From positions 10,292,001 through 10,356,000 of the forward strand of contig NC_135763.1 in NCBI RefSeq assembly GCF_052425735.1: 64,000 nt of DNA, in the 5' to 3' direction. Shown piece by piece: positions 23,691 through 36,700 of the stretch. This DNA comes from Oculina patagonica (lineage: Eukaryota). The translations under genes and the position numbers were made by a program. Positions within the stretch are counted from its first letter, which is position 1. Every line of letters begins with the position of its first letter. Under the pieces are notes generated by a model. That model made no database searches. It had not been told where the DNA came from and saw nothing but the letters and a program-made list of their open reading frames with translations.

Positions 23691-24915
23691 TGAATCTTTG
23701 TCAAGCGCTTTAGCGACAAATATTGTTAGGGAAGCCGTGCCGAATATGCCGTGTCTTTTCTATAATACAGCTCCAGTAGTCAGGCATTGAGGAAATTTGT
23801 ATGTGACTCATTACACCATTTTGCTTTCGCGAACTCCAAATCTTTTAAAGAATCCATTTTCTCGCCAAAAATTATTGCGAATGGCTAGAAAAAAAAGTTG
23901 TGTTTTATTTTCAACCGTTTTGTGTTTCGTTACATTTTATGTAAGCGCTGCACAAGAAAGAAGCACTTAACCAAACGGTATAGCCACTGGTACGAGTCGA
24001 ATTAATATGCCTTCTGTATTCCTCAAGCAAAATGCGTTTTTATGAGTAACTGCAGCAGCATAATTGCGTGTTATGCTTGACAACTGTCTTTTTTCCGGTG
24101 TTTGACCGGCGTGAAGACATTTGACTCATTGAATGAGCATACCGTTTCTTCAGTTTGAACTAAAGTTACATTTATGGCATTAGCCATGGTTCTTTTACTT
24201 TTAACTTGTATGCTTTAGTCAAAATATATGTGTCCGTGCCGTTATTCCCAAAGCCCAGTGTGAAAGCCCGCTTAATACGGAAACGCCGATAATACGGACA
24301 CTTTTGCGTGTCCCGTTGGTGCCCGTATTAACGGGGTTCCACTGTACAACATTCTACAAAGATTCATCTTTCATTTAGTGTGATTAATCATAATATCAAT
24401 GATATCACGAAGTCTATAAAGTCAAACACGTCACGATCAATTCATTTAAAAGTTCCTTATCAACTTTATGTCTACAGTGAAACAGCACTTTAAACCCACG
24501 CTTAACAGTTCGCTAAATTTCACTGAGGCTTGCATTTCATTTCTTCAGAAGAGCGTGGCAAACTTATGCCACGGGGCGTGACGTCCGTTCAGCTACACCA
24601 GTTTCTAAAAATTTTAATCAAATCACCACCGGCATTGGAAAATAAAACACACCGAAGTCTAAGCAACGTAAATTTAATTCACAGTTGTTTTTATGTCTGG
24701 ACCAATTGAGAACGAGCAGGAGTTTCTTCTGGCTGTTTCGCAATTCAAAAGGTGTTTTAAATTTCTCGACAATTAAAAACGATTTGAAGTTTCTGTGACA
24801 TTTTATTAAGGAGTTCGAAGTTAAACGGATCCAGCCTTTAATACGCAATTTCCTGTGTGATTCTACCTCGGTTACGGACGTTGAAGCCCAAAGCGTATTG
24901 ATAAAAAACGTAACT

Positions 24916-25071
24916 TCTACGAGTCTCTCGTAGCTCAGTTGGTTAGAGCGCCCAACCGGTATCTGGGAGGCCATGGGTTTGATTCTTTGTCCCATGCTCG
25001 TGTCATTGTTGAAAAATTCATCTTCATTATTTATCTCCGAGCTTAAAATTTACCATCTTTATTATTTACTA
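24916..25071 (+). mobile_element. tRNA-headed repeat, internally deleted copy
   Basis: Matches 7192-7369 with a deletion after the B box and has the same 3' end. Confidence 0.8.
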
Positions 25072-27017
25072 AAGAAATTTTCATACCTTCTTGTTAATGA
25101 AATGTCTAAAACAATTAAAGATTGAAGAACCCCTCGAGCGATTCATGTTTCTCGATCGACTGGTTTCTTTGTAGGATTGAGTTGTACGACAATATTTTTT
25201 TGGACTACTTTTAAAGCTAAAGATGTGCAATAGTAAATCGTGTAGTAGATCGACAAAGAACACGGCGACGCCTGATTGAGGGTATACAGAATGCCTTATA
25301 GACATACTGAATGAAGCAATGTATGGTCAGGATGCGTGTGGAGTATTCTGCGGAACGGGTCTCTCTGCGCCCATCACAGGGGCGAAATGATGTACGTTGT
25401 TTAAACAACGTTTAAGTTACCAGACATTTTTTTTCGTGTTTATTCACTTGGTAATTTATCGTAATACATGTTTCTATACTCCTTCCTGTACCCATCAAAG
25501 TTTCCTTAGTAAAAAAAGTGAGCGTATCAAAGCTTCCATACATAGCTCGCCACTCTTGATGTGACAACCTATTATTTAAACAAGCGTTTTTCATAATGCC
25601 TAAAAAATATTTTACACAAACCAGAAGCATATCACAGGTGATATGCTTCTGCACAAACTTGATCACGTCGATCAAGGAAGCAGTGAGTCAATAAAGTAAG
25701 CATTCTTAACAAATAAACCTAGAAATTCAAGAGGCCATTAACAGCCTCTGAACACAATGGTTCATATTCAAGCATGTACCAAAGATTTTTCTACGCAGAT
25801 GTATAGCAAACATTCTAAAAATAATTTTTCGTCAATGAAACTGCTCTTTAGCAGTGACAGCAATGGAAATTAAACAGTCATTAATCCGCCTATTCTTTAT
25901 ACAAGCGACCAACAGTACGAATTGTCGTCGCGTTGTGTCAGTTATTTAATTGACACATTTTGTAATAACGTCCGCCACGAAGCAACAACATTTTCACATT
26001 TTATTCACTAGCTAATTTTCTCGCTATAGTTCTTTTCAATAAAAAAAGGAAACCACACAATGAATCTGCCATTAAAGCATCGCTCAGCCAAATACGAACA
26101 CAATTACAGCCTCGTAAACGACACCACACGGAGCATGCGCTAACGAACTGTTGAACACCTTTAAGTCATGATGTCAACATAGAAATTCTCTAAACTGGTA
26201 TCTTTACATTTCATGTAATACGAGTTGGGAGAATTTAAAGACAAATAAGATGTCGGGGCATTTCACACATCACTCTTTAAAATGTACATTTTGATGCATG
26301 CAAACAAGCATAAATTAATTAAAAACGACAACAAGTATAAGAGAATTTTATAGTTATCCACCTAATCTAGTCTATGAGCTCAAAATTTGGTTTGTCACTG
26401 TCCTTTTCATAACGTTTTCTTACAAACGTCTTACACATCACCGCTTCAAACTTTTACAAACTTCAAAGCAAGGAAAACCGGAAGTGGCGTTGGACCACTG
26501 TGAAGACGATGAGGATACGTCAGGTTGCTTAGCAACTCAAGTGCAGAAAACCGCGGGCTCATTCAATTCTCAGAAACAGATATCGCTCTCTACTGGTTCG
26601 TTTTTCCTCTAATGCGTTTTAAATCCATATCTAAGAAATTATCATCCTGTCGTAAGACAACAAACAGGATCTTTCAGAGCGGTTCCACTGTAACAGGGAC
26701 TTCCAGCTTATTGTAACCGTGACTTTAACAGCACTGTGGAAGAAAGAAAAGCAAATGATGATGTACACAAGAAATAAATACAGTCACGTTAAAGGTAAAC
26801 AATGGCTTCACAGCTTAAGTAGTAGAGAATTTGCACAGGTATCGCAAAAGTCAGCATGGTGCGACCCTCATTAAAATATCGACTACTCTGAGTGACTCGT
26901 AACTTTTTAGATTGTTTGCTGCTGTTATTGCTTGTTGTTTTTCATTTCTGGTGAGGAGGTTGGGGGTGGGGGTGATTGGTGAGAGGAAGATTCTTCGGGA
27001 AAATGTAATGTACGTAA

Positions 27018-27529
27018 CAGTAAAAACCCACGAGTAAGAACCTAGTTCTTTCCAGGTTAGCCTAAACAGGTTCTTATATAAATGGTAGTTAACACAAATT
27101 TAGGCTATTCAGGTTCTTAATAGGTTCTTATTTTCTGAAGAAAATTTAAATTGATGTTTATAGACTTTTAGTGGTATTTAGCCTATTCCTGGTATAAAAT
27201 TTGCATACCACTTAAGTGTTTATGTAAAAATGAAGCACCAATCATTTAGAATATGACATTAAATACATGCATACACAGTAACGCTTAGCCAAACTAATTT
27301 CCCACAAAGAAAACATTTTTAATCAATTTTAGAAAATACAGTNNNNNNNNNNNNNNNNNNNNNNNNNNNNNNNNNNNNNNNNNNNNNNNNNNNNNNNNNN
27401 NNNNNNNNNNNNNNNNNNNNNNNNNNNNNNNNNNNNNNNNNNNNNNNNNNNNNNNNNNNNNNNNNNNNNNNNNNAATCTTATCCCAACTGGTTCTTACAT
27501 GTTAGATTCTTACTCGCGGGTTTTTACTG
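27018..27529. mobile_element. Tc1/mariner-like MITE spanning the assembly gap
   Basis: TIR CAGTAAAAACCC.CG; related to 31432-31892 in the opposite orientation. Confidence 0.7.
27343..27474. other. Assembly gap (132 N)
   Basis: Run of n. Confidence 0.99.
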
Positions 27530-27713
27530 TACATAATCCTGGAACAAAAACGTGCTTTAATTAATGAACTACGATTCCGTCATTTTAAAAACCAGCCCCA
27601 CCCCACCCCCACGTTAAGGAGAGTAGCAAATTTTATGAGAGTAAAGAAAGGTGGTGTTATAATCACATAACACGCATCGAAACTATCTAGTAGTAACCTT
27701 TCTAACTATACCT

Positions 27714-30700
27714 TCATAAATCTACCTTGACAAACGAGTGGTCCATCAGCTGAATGGCGGTGTGTCGCTCATAAGGATCATGCAAAAAACAGCAGAGCAG
27801 AAAGTCCTGGCCTTCTTCACTCAGAGTTTCAGGGATGGCGGGAGTGGCTCCCTCACCAACTTTGAACATGATCACAAAGTTATTGTCACAATCAGGCCAC
27901 GGAGGCTGCAATTAGAAGCAAAGGGACAGATCTGTTGTTTAACATTCTATGTCAATTGTATGCCACGGTTTGTGAATTCTGTTTCGTTAATAATGAGCTC
28001 TAAACTTCAAGTTGGCAAGGCAACAGTTTTTACTGACCAAATCACTGCCACGTAACAAACAAGGATGGATTCAAAGCATTATAAAATTGCATTTTCATTC
28101 AAACAGATAAACTTGAAAAAAGTTAGGCCGACGTTTTTTAATTCAAGTTTACCCAAATGATATCCGATTTAATCTTCTCCAGTTTTCCCACCGACCCCTT
28201 CTATGGCCGTTTCTGTGTTTTTTTTTGAGTTCTTCTACAGCTTTAAGGCGTGATTTTGATATTTCAGTTAAATCAAGGATCAGTTGGCCAGTGCTGAAAA
28301 TGCCTGGTCCATAACCAGTCCCGTAGTCGAAAATATTACACTATAGTTTCTCATATGTAAAACGAAATGGCGACTTCATTTAGATTTTGTTCTTAAGTCG
28401 AATTTCTCAGGATAAAAAGGGACGCAACAACTTCTGGGTCCACAACCGGAGTCGAACCCAGAGAAAACTTCCAAGCTCCGGTTAGATGCTCTGACTTCAT
28501 TCTCGGCCCCGGAGCCGCTTGTCCCTCTTAGCCGGCTTAGCCTGGGGCATGGGGAACAAGTGGCTCTGGGGACACATGAATTGGTTGGCTAGATTTTTAA
28601 CAAAGGAAATTTAAATCTAGCCAATTAAAACAACCATACTAAAATCCCTTACAACAAAGGGATTTTTAAACGGTTGAATTGGTTTTGCTAAATTTAAATT
28701 TCCTTTGTTGAAAATCTAGCCAATCAAATCATGTGTTTCCAGAGCCACTTGTTCCCCATGCCCCAGGCTCAGCCGGTCAAGAGGGACAAGCGGCTCTGGG
28801 GACGAGATTGGCTCTGACTTCTGAGCAGTAGGAGACAAGCAAAGTGAGAGACATTAACCCCACCATCATCGTCATGTCTTGTTCTTTTATAATTTGGATA
28901 GAACATGTACCTTTCCTGTGGCCATCTCGACCACGACACAGCCAATGCTCCAAATATCTGCTGCCCTGCCGTACCCTGCTCCTTTGTCCAACGTTATCAC
29001 CTCTGGGGCCATATATGCTGCAATAAAGCGTCCCATTTAAGAAATAAGAAAAATGTACTCCATGCGAATCGTAGCAGAAACCAGTGTGTTTTACTGGAAA
29101 TCCGCGAATCTGATTGGTTCTCTCACTGATTATTCCCTGATGGATCACCATCGCTTGCACGCTGCTCTTAAAAGGGAAAATTATCCTTCAATGTTTGGCT
29201 TAAAAATACATAAAATTGTAGGATTTTGGACTGCAAGCGATAGTCAACTCGGCTGCGCGCGTACAGAAAACTCTGGCTCTTGGTCTCATTGTTAAATAGC
29301 AACAAGAGCGAATGTCTGGGAGAACAAAGAAAGGTGAAAAACACGAGCCGTAAGGGGTTTTTCGAGATCTTCCAAACGTTCACATTGTTTTCACAACTCA
29401 GCGGAAACTGCGACAGAAAAAAACGTTTTCTATATCTTTTTTGGTTTTCTTTTTCCGTACAGTATATAGCTTTCAAGAAACAGCACACACTGCATCCTGC
29501 GTATATGCAACGTTAGTAACCTTTGTCCCAAAGAAGAGAAAAGAAAGGAATTTAAAGTTTATTATAAAGGTTTGGGATATCGACGTTTGTGCCTAGTTTT
29601 GCAATTTTCTTTAGAAATTAGAGACACCCCTGGGTGTTGAACACCGTAAAAAGGGGGAAGTCTGCGTCGAGCCTAGTTGCCCATCAGGCCGGAGCTTATT
29701 TCGGTTTCAGGTAGCATAAAGCGACTAGGAGTATTTCTACGCCCCCCTGGATGGGATGCTAGTCCATCGCAGGGTTACCCCCCCCTCCCCCAGCATTAAT
29801 TCGATCGGTACCCATTTATACACCTAGGTGGAAATAGGCACTATGAGAGTAAAGTGTCTTGCCCAACATTACAACAGTGACCCAAGCCAGGGCTCGAATC
29901 TGGACCGCTGGATCCGGGGTCCAGCGCACCAACAATTAGGCCACCGCGTCACCCAAGTTGAACACCGTATTGGGACTTAAAAGGTTCATTGAATACCATC
30001 TTATTAGGTCAATTTGGCGTTTAATATTATTTTTCTTGCTCACCTACTGTTCCTCGTATGTTGCTTATTTCTCCATAAACAGTCTGAAGAGGATTCTTTA
30101 ATTTGATGGATGACCCAAAATCACCCAACTTGAGCAGACCACCAGATGAAACAAAAATGTTGGCACCTAAAGCAGCAACAAGTTTAATCAGTGTGTTTAT
30201 CAGAGTTACATAAAAGAGGGCTAGTGAAAGTAAGGTTATTTATGGGTCTTTTGCCACCCGGTTGCCCTCATTTTGCCAGCCAGTCGGGCATTGACATCAC
30301 CCATAATGCCCGCGGGAGTTCTGGGAAAATCTGCCCCTAATTTTTAGCCAATCACAGCGCGTATTATATACCTTGTTCCCAGGGTATCTCCCCTCCCGCC
30401 CCAAGAGCTCTTGGGGGAGGAGAGAGAGAGACCCTGGGAACAAGCTCATGCAATAAAATAACAGGCAATAAAGCAACACTGATATCATTGTTTTAAATTC
30501 ATAAGCACTCTTAAGTTACCTTTGACATCTCTGTGAACAATCCCCTTTTCGTGAAGCACATTGACAGCAACAAGTATCTGATAAGTATACACTCTGATCA
30601 TGGATTCTGGAAGGCCAAGCTTAGCCACATCTGATATGGTACCGTCTGCACAGTACTCCATGAATATGAACATCTCATCCTAAAAAACAGTAGCATATAG

Positions 30701-33700
30701 GAGTTGGATTGGTCTCGCATACAACATGTCAAGGAACATAACTACAGCCGAACCTTCACAGCGGTCAAACGCAAAAATCCAATGCCTTTAAAGAGAAAGT
30801 TTTCGGAAATTTAAGACGTTTGCATGGGGCAGTTTGGAGCAGTTTTAGCGGGAACTGCACACACGCGCGGTGTTTGACTGCTGCGTGAACTGCGTGAGTC
30901 CAACTCCTATTAAGTGGCGCGCGCCTTCAAAAAAATCGATATTTATCGCCGAAGTTTGATTTCTATCCCCAAATAAAGGGTATATCTTCAATTACATGTT
31001 CAAAGATAATGTTTTTCATGTGTAAAGTTGCCTACCATTTATTTCTAAACAGTTTAGACCAAAAATCTGCGAAATCTCAGTGACATAGTCCCTTTAAACG
31101 GCCATAATACTGTAAATAAAACCCTCAAAAGCGGCCACCTTTGTTTTGCCCCTATTTAGCAACCAGCTAGAATGTCATAAACGACGTTTGGCTTTGTTTC
31201 TACAAGATCATCACAGACATGACTCTTAAATGGAAGGTGACGACTGAAAATTCATTCAAACACAAGTTTATTGTCGTCTTCATGTCATTGCGTGATTCCT
31301 TTCCACGCTTTTCTTTGCAATGAAATAACGTGACATTTTAAAGAGACCTTACGCTTATTTCTGGCAAGGCCCTATAAAGAGGCCACTTGCCATTTCCCCG
31401 AGAGTGGCCACTTAATAGCGGATCTACTGTACAGTAAAAACCCGCGTATAAGAACCTAACATTTAAGAACCTGTTAGGCTAAAATTTCATTTTTAAGCAC
31501 CCTTCGCATAAGAACCATTTTAGGCTAAAATTCTAAAACAGGTTCTTATTTTCAAAAAAGAAAAAATAATCTTCTCAAAAATATAGAATTAAAAAATCTT
31601 CTCAAAAATATATTTATAACACAGTCTGTACACATTATAGTTACAGTATAGGTTTGATTTTAACACAATCAGATTAAAAGAGTATAGTATTTTGCTTACC
31701 GAAGCCTCCAAGAATACTGTTATTGGACATTAAAGACCAGATCATTTAAAAATTCTACATTATTTCTTGAACAAAAGTTAAGAACCTAATTAAGAACCTA
31801 GTTAGCCTAATTTCACACTTAATACCATTTATATAAGAACCTGTTTAGGCTAACTTGAAAAAACCTAGGTTCTTATACGCGGGTTTTTACTGTATTCACT
31901 AAAACCCTGTGATTAAATCTCTGTTACTTACCCTGTGAAGTTCCACACCGTAGTACTTGACTAAGCTTTCATGTCTGATACCTTCAAAGTTCTTAATTTC
32001 GTCAGCAAGATCCCTTATTTCACCATGATCATTTGGCTGGAACTTGATCTAGTGACAAAATTATCAAACAGTAAATATCCTGTACAGTCATTTAAAATAC
32101 AAGGCAGTAATATAACAACTGAACAGTGCTAAACACAAAGAAGGACAATGCTAAGCTCGATCATTTATAACCGTGTTCAGTTTGTTGCGAGCGTGGGACA
32201 AAGAAAAAATTCTGACTCTCAGAAGGGAATCGAACCCATAAACTACCCAGCTACCTGTATTTGCTTCGAGTTTTGACTGGTTCACTGGATTGTCGGTCTC
32301 CTTTGTGATTGGCCAGAGTGAATACTTTGGTTTCAGTTTTACAACACTCAATCAAAAATCGCCTTAACAGTTCTCCATTTAGTTGAACATTTTTTACAAA
32401 GCCGCTCAAGTATTCTCACCTGTTTCACGGCCATCACTTCCCCGGTATCCAAATTAACACATGCATAAACTTTTCCAAACTGACCTTCACCTACAGTTCA
32501 TACAGTGAGAAACAATAAAAACAACATTTTTATAGATAATTATTTAAAATACGACGCACAGAGGAGTATTTTTGGCGAACTTCGAGGTGTTTAGAAATGT
32601 GATGACACTCTCTCTCTCTCAAGCGTTTGATATATATTCTCAATCGGAAATAAATCTAAGGAGTAAACGGAGAAATAAAATCTATGCTAAATGAGATCAG
32701 ATTTCCACACCACTTGGAATGGTTATTTATATGGTTTACTTTGTTTGAACTTGATGAGCTAACAATGAGTTTGAGAATCCACGTTCCAGTATCTCCACAT
32801 AGTTTGAATGAAAACAGATTTTTTTGGCGACAAGGGGTTTGTTAGGGTGATCTGAAGTCACCTCTTCAAGAGCGAAAACCTGCATGACAGTGACTTCACC
32901 GCGGTGACAGTGACAGTGACAGTGACAGTGACTTCAGGCAGCTTTTCTTACCATTTCGGCGTTTTTTGTTCAAATTGAAGTGTTAGTATGAGCAAGAATA
33001 GATAAAAATAGTTGCTGAGTGTAAGCATAATCCCATTTCCTCAGGTAAACGAGTGTTTTTTTCTTTTAAATGTTCCGCATCCAAACCAAAATGACAAATG
33101 ACAAATGGCGCCGACAAGTCCGCATATTGCTTTTTTCAAACACGTAGAACTTTTTTAGTAAAGCTCCAAAAAACTTAGTAAACCCTTAGGATACCGGTTA
33201 TGTATCGAACTTTGAACAGTGAAAATTAAAACCTTATCTTTGCAGTACTTTTCTTATTTTTTGCATATTTCTGTCGTTTGACCGCGGTCAAGACAGTGAC
33301 ACACTATACAAACAAAATGTAACCACCACCACTTACCAATCTTGTTTCCTCGTTGCCACTTGAATGGAACCTTCCTGCTGGAAATGCTTGCCAGCTCCTT
33401 GACAATATCACGGCGTCTGTTGCTCACACGGCCAATAACATGCTTATCATACAAATACTGGTTTCTCTTTATCTCCAATTTCTTCAAGGAGTGGCGCACT
33501 TTTTCTAGCCTTGATGCGTCCGGTGCTCCCGCGAAGCTGTCTTTATGTTTTGCAGTTTCTTTTTCTCCTTCATCGCCGCTTTCACCCTCAGCATTGTTCG
33601 CTGGAGAAGGAGACTTTTTGATTAATAACTAATTACTTGATAAAATTTCAATTTTTTTCCCGGACACATTTTACAGACACCCTTCAAAGAAAGCAATTTT

Positions 33701-36700
33701 AAAAAGGTATGTAAGATGTAATCTACTGCTGATACCGCTAGAGATTATCCCATATAGCGGCTAGGAGTTTTGCCACTTTCCCCAGATGGAATGCTATGTC
33801 TATCGTGGTGATCCCAAGCATTTTTGTCAGGTTGCCTCTAGTCACCAGTACTGCTGGGTGGAGAAGCACTGTGAGAGCTGTGTCTTGCGCAAGAACACAA
33901 CACAGTGACCACAGCGAAGGGCTTAAATAAACTCAAACCATCATGCCTACACCTGGGCGGAGAGAGGCACTGTGAGGGCTGTGTCTGCGCAAGAACACAA
34001 CACAGTGACCACGGCGCAGGGCTTAAATAAACTCAAACCATCTTACCTACACCTGAGTGGATAGAGGCACTGTGAGAGCTGTGTCTTGCCCAACAACACA
34101 ACACAATGACCACGGCGCAGGGCTTAAATGAACTCAAACCATCATGGACATCATGCCTACCCCTGGGTGGAGAGAGGCACTGTGAGAGTAAAGTGCTTTG
34201 CCCAATAACACAACGCAGTGACCATGGCAGGGCTCACACCCAGACCATTGTGCCTCACACCTCACATACACGTAAATGATACTCACATTACAAAAATACT
34301 TGTTGTTACTGAACAAACACTAGTTATAGGGGCTTCTTCAAAACAAGAAACAAATGACTGCAAACATGCAGGATGAAAATGATTCTTTTTAGTTAAATCA
34401 ACACAAAATGCACTTCTAACCGCGGTTGTTGACATCTGTTGCTAGACTCTGAAACTGTTGCTTAGCTACAGGGTCTGACAGTTGTCGTTGTGTGGCTTGA
34501 CTTTCATCAGTGTCTGCCTGGTCCCCTGGAGATTTGGGCGGCTTTCCTGCGGGCCAAGAAAATGGCCTCAATAATCCGGCTGGTGCAGCACTCCTACCAA
34601 ACACTGGAGATGGACAGGCTGGGCTTTGGGATCTGTATGCTAAAGGGAAAAAAAGGTAAGGTAAGGCAAAGTGTTGCATATGAGCCTAGTGGCCCATCAG
34701 GCTGGAGCTTATCCCGGTTTCTGTAGCATAAAGTGACAAGGAGTATTTCTACTTCCCCCTGGATGTGATGCTAGTCCATCGCAGGGTTACCCGCAGCACT
34801 AAATTTGCTTGTACCCATTTATACACCTAGGGGGAATAGAGGCACTGTGAGAGTAAAGTGTCTTGCCCAGGAACATAACACAGCACCTTGGCCAGGGCTC
34901 AAACCCGGACCGCTTGACCGTGAGTCTCACACGCTAACCAATAGGCCACCACGCCTCCCAAAGGGGAAAAAATTGTAAAAATTAAATACAGCTAAATAAA
35001 GTCTAGGCTAAATTAGACTCATTGATAGACTTGAGCTGTTAATAGTCAGCGACTTTCAGCAGTGGTTGCACCCGTTGGGGCTGCAAACAGGGTCTTGCAG
35101 CCATAAGCCTGCGAATGCAGCCACCTTTAATAGTGCTCTGGTTGCGCGCCCGGGAGTGCCACATGTGTGTCAGCGTGCTGTAGAGTGCGCTCAACTCCCC
35201 CCAAAATCTCATTGGCAATAGAATTTAAAGATTTAAAGATTTTAGACGTTCTGTGAATGAAGGATTGGATTCAATCTGTACATTAAAACACTTAGATACC
35301 AGAGCTTGGTAAAAGCACACTAGTTAGTTACCTGGGCTGGCTGTTCCACTGCAGCTCTCAGCACTACCAATAACATGGCAGATGCATGTGTTGATCTCTT
35401 TCTTTAACTCCTACAAAGAAAACAAATTGAGCAATCAAAAATTAAACTCAAGGTTATGATGTATGGATCAAGCACAGCGTTGCCAATACATAACAAATGA
35501 AAATTAAATTCAGTATTAATTTTTCCTGTCTAGCCTGCCTAAGAATCAAACTAAAAATGTGTCTGTTGGACTTTAATATACCCGCCAGTATATGGAACAT
35601 TTGTAACTTCAGTTACCTGGAATGCAGACTCTGACAAAGTTGTCAATGTCTTAGGGTCGCACGCCACTGTAAGGAAGTCAAGTCCTTGATTGGCCCATCT
35701 GTACACAAAAGATATATCAAACAGCTCTCAAACATGCTATCGTAACATTACAGTGAAAAATAAACAATATAGAAATGGAAAGAGAAAGAATGTTACAGGA
35801 AGAGACAGCGGTACGGCGCAGCAGACCAGATATTGAACTTGTCTAACATTGAATGGATGATCAATCGACATGGAACAGAGGGCCCGAACCTAATTCGCCA
35901 ATACCACAGGAAGAAATAGGACTGTCGCTGTTAGTCTAGTATTATCGAATTCATGTACACTGTGGTTTGAATTCGTTTTTTGTTTATTTGTAATTTTCAA
36001 ACTAGTTTTGTATTTTGTCTTTTTTTTTCCTTTATGGGGGAGGGCAGGGGGGCATTTTGTGGTGTTTGCAAAATGCAATACTTGATCAATGCATTAATTT
36101 CTGTAGCCATGACAAAAGAAATGCATGGATACTGAACTGGAACTTATTCCACACCTTGGTCTTGTGCCTCTTCCTCTCTCGCATTTTGTCATCACAAACT
36201 TCATCCATTTCTTAGCAAATGCCAGCATTTTGTGTCCAAGAGCATCCTTTCTATCCCCAAAAACCAAACGTGCTACCTCTTTTTGATACTGAAAACAAAC
36301 AAAGCGTTCTTAAGGACGTTCGCGCCAAAATTTTCTACTCGACAGTTTTTTTTTTAATTTTTACTGTAGTCAGATAATGAGTTACTTGTGTCAGAAATGC
36401 AAAAAAAAGTTGGGGTCACCAACTTCATTTCAGAGATAAAGCGTGTGGAAAACTACCCTGATTTTAAAAAAATGGCGCTCGTAATTCAGCATGGCTTAGA
36501 GGATTTAAAGTTAAAAATATCGAACATGAGGAAACAAAGGCAAACAATCATAGCCACATTTTGTAGAAGTGCGTCTGTTGCGTAAATAATTCCTACTGTT
36601 GCCATCTTTTTTGTAAGACTTAACCCTGGTAAGAGGCATTTAAAACCGTCGTACAACAAAACATATTGCTTAAAAAGTGGAATTCAAACGTGCGTGGGAC

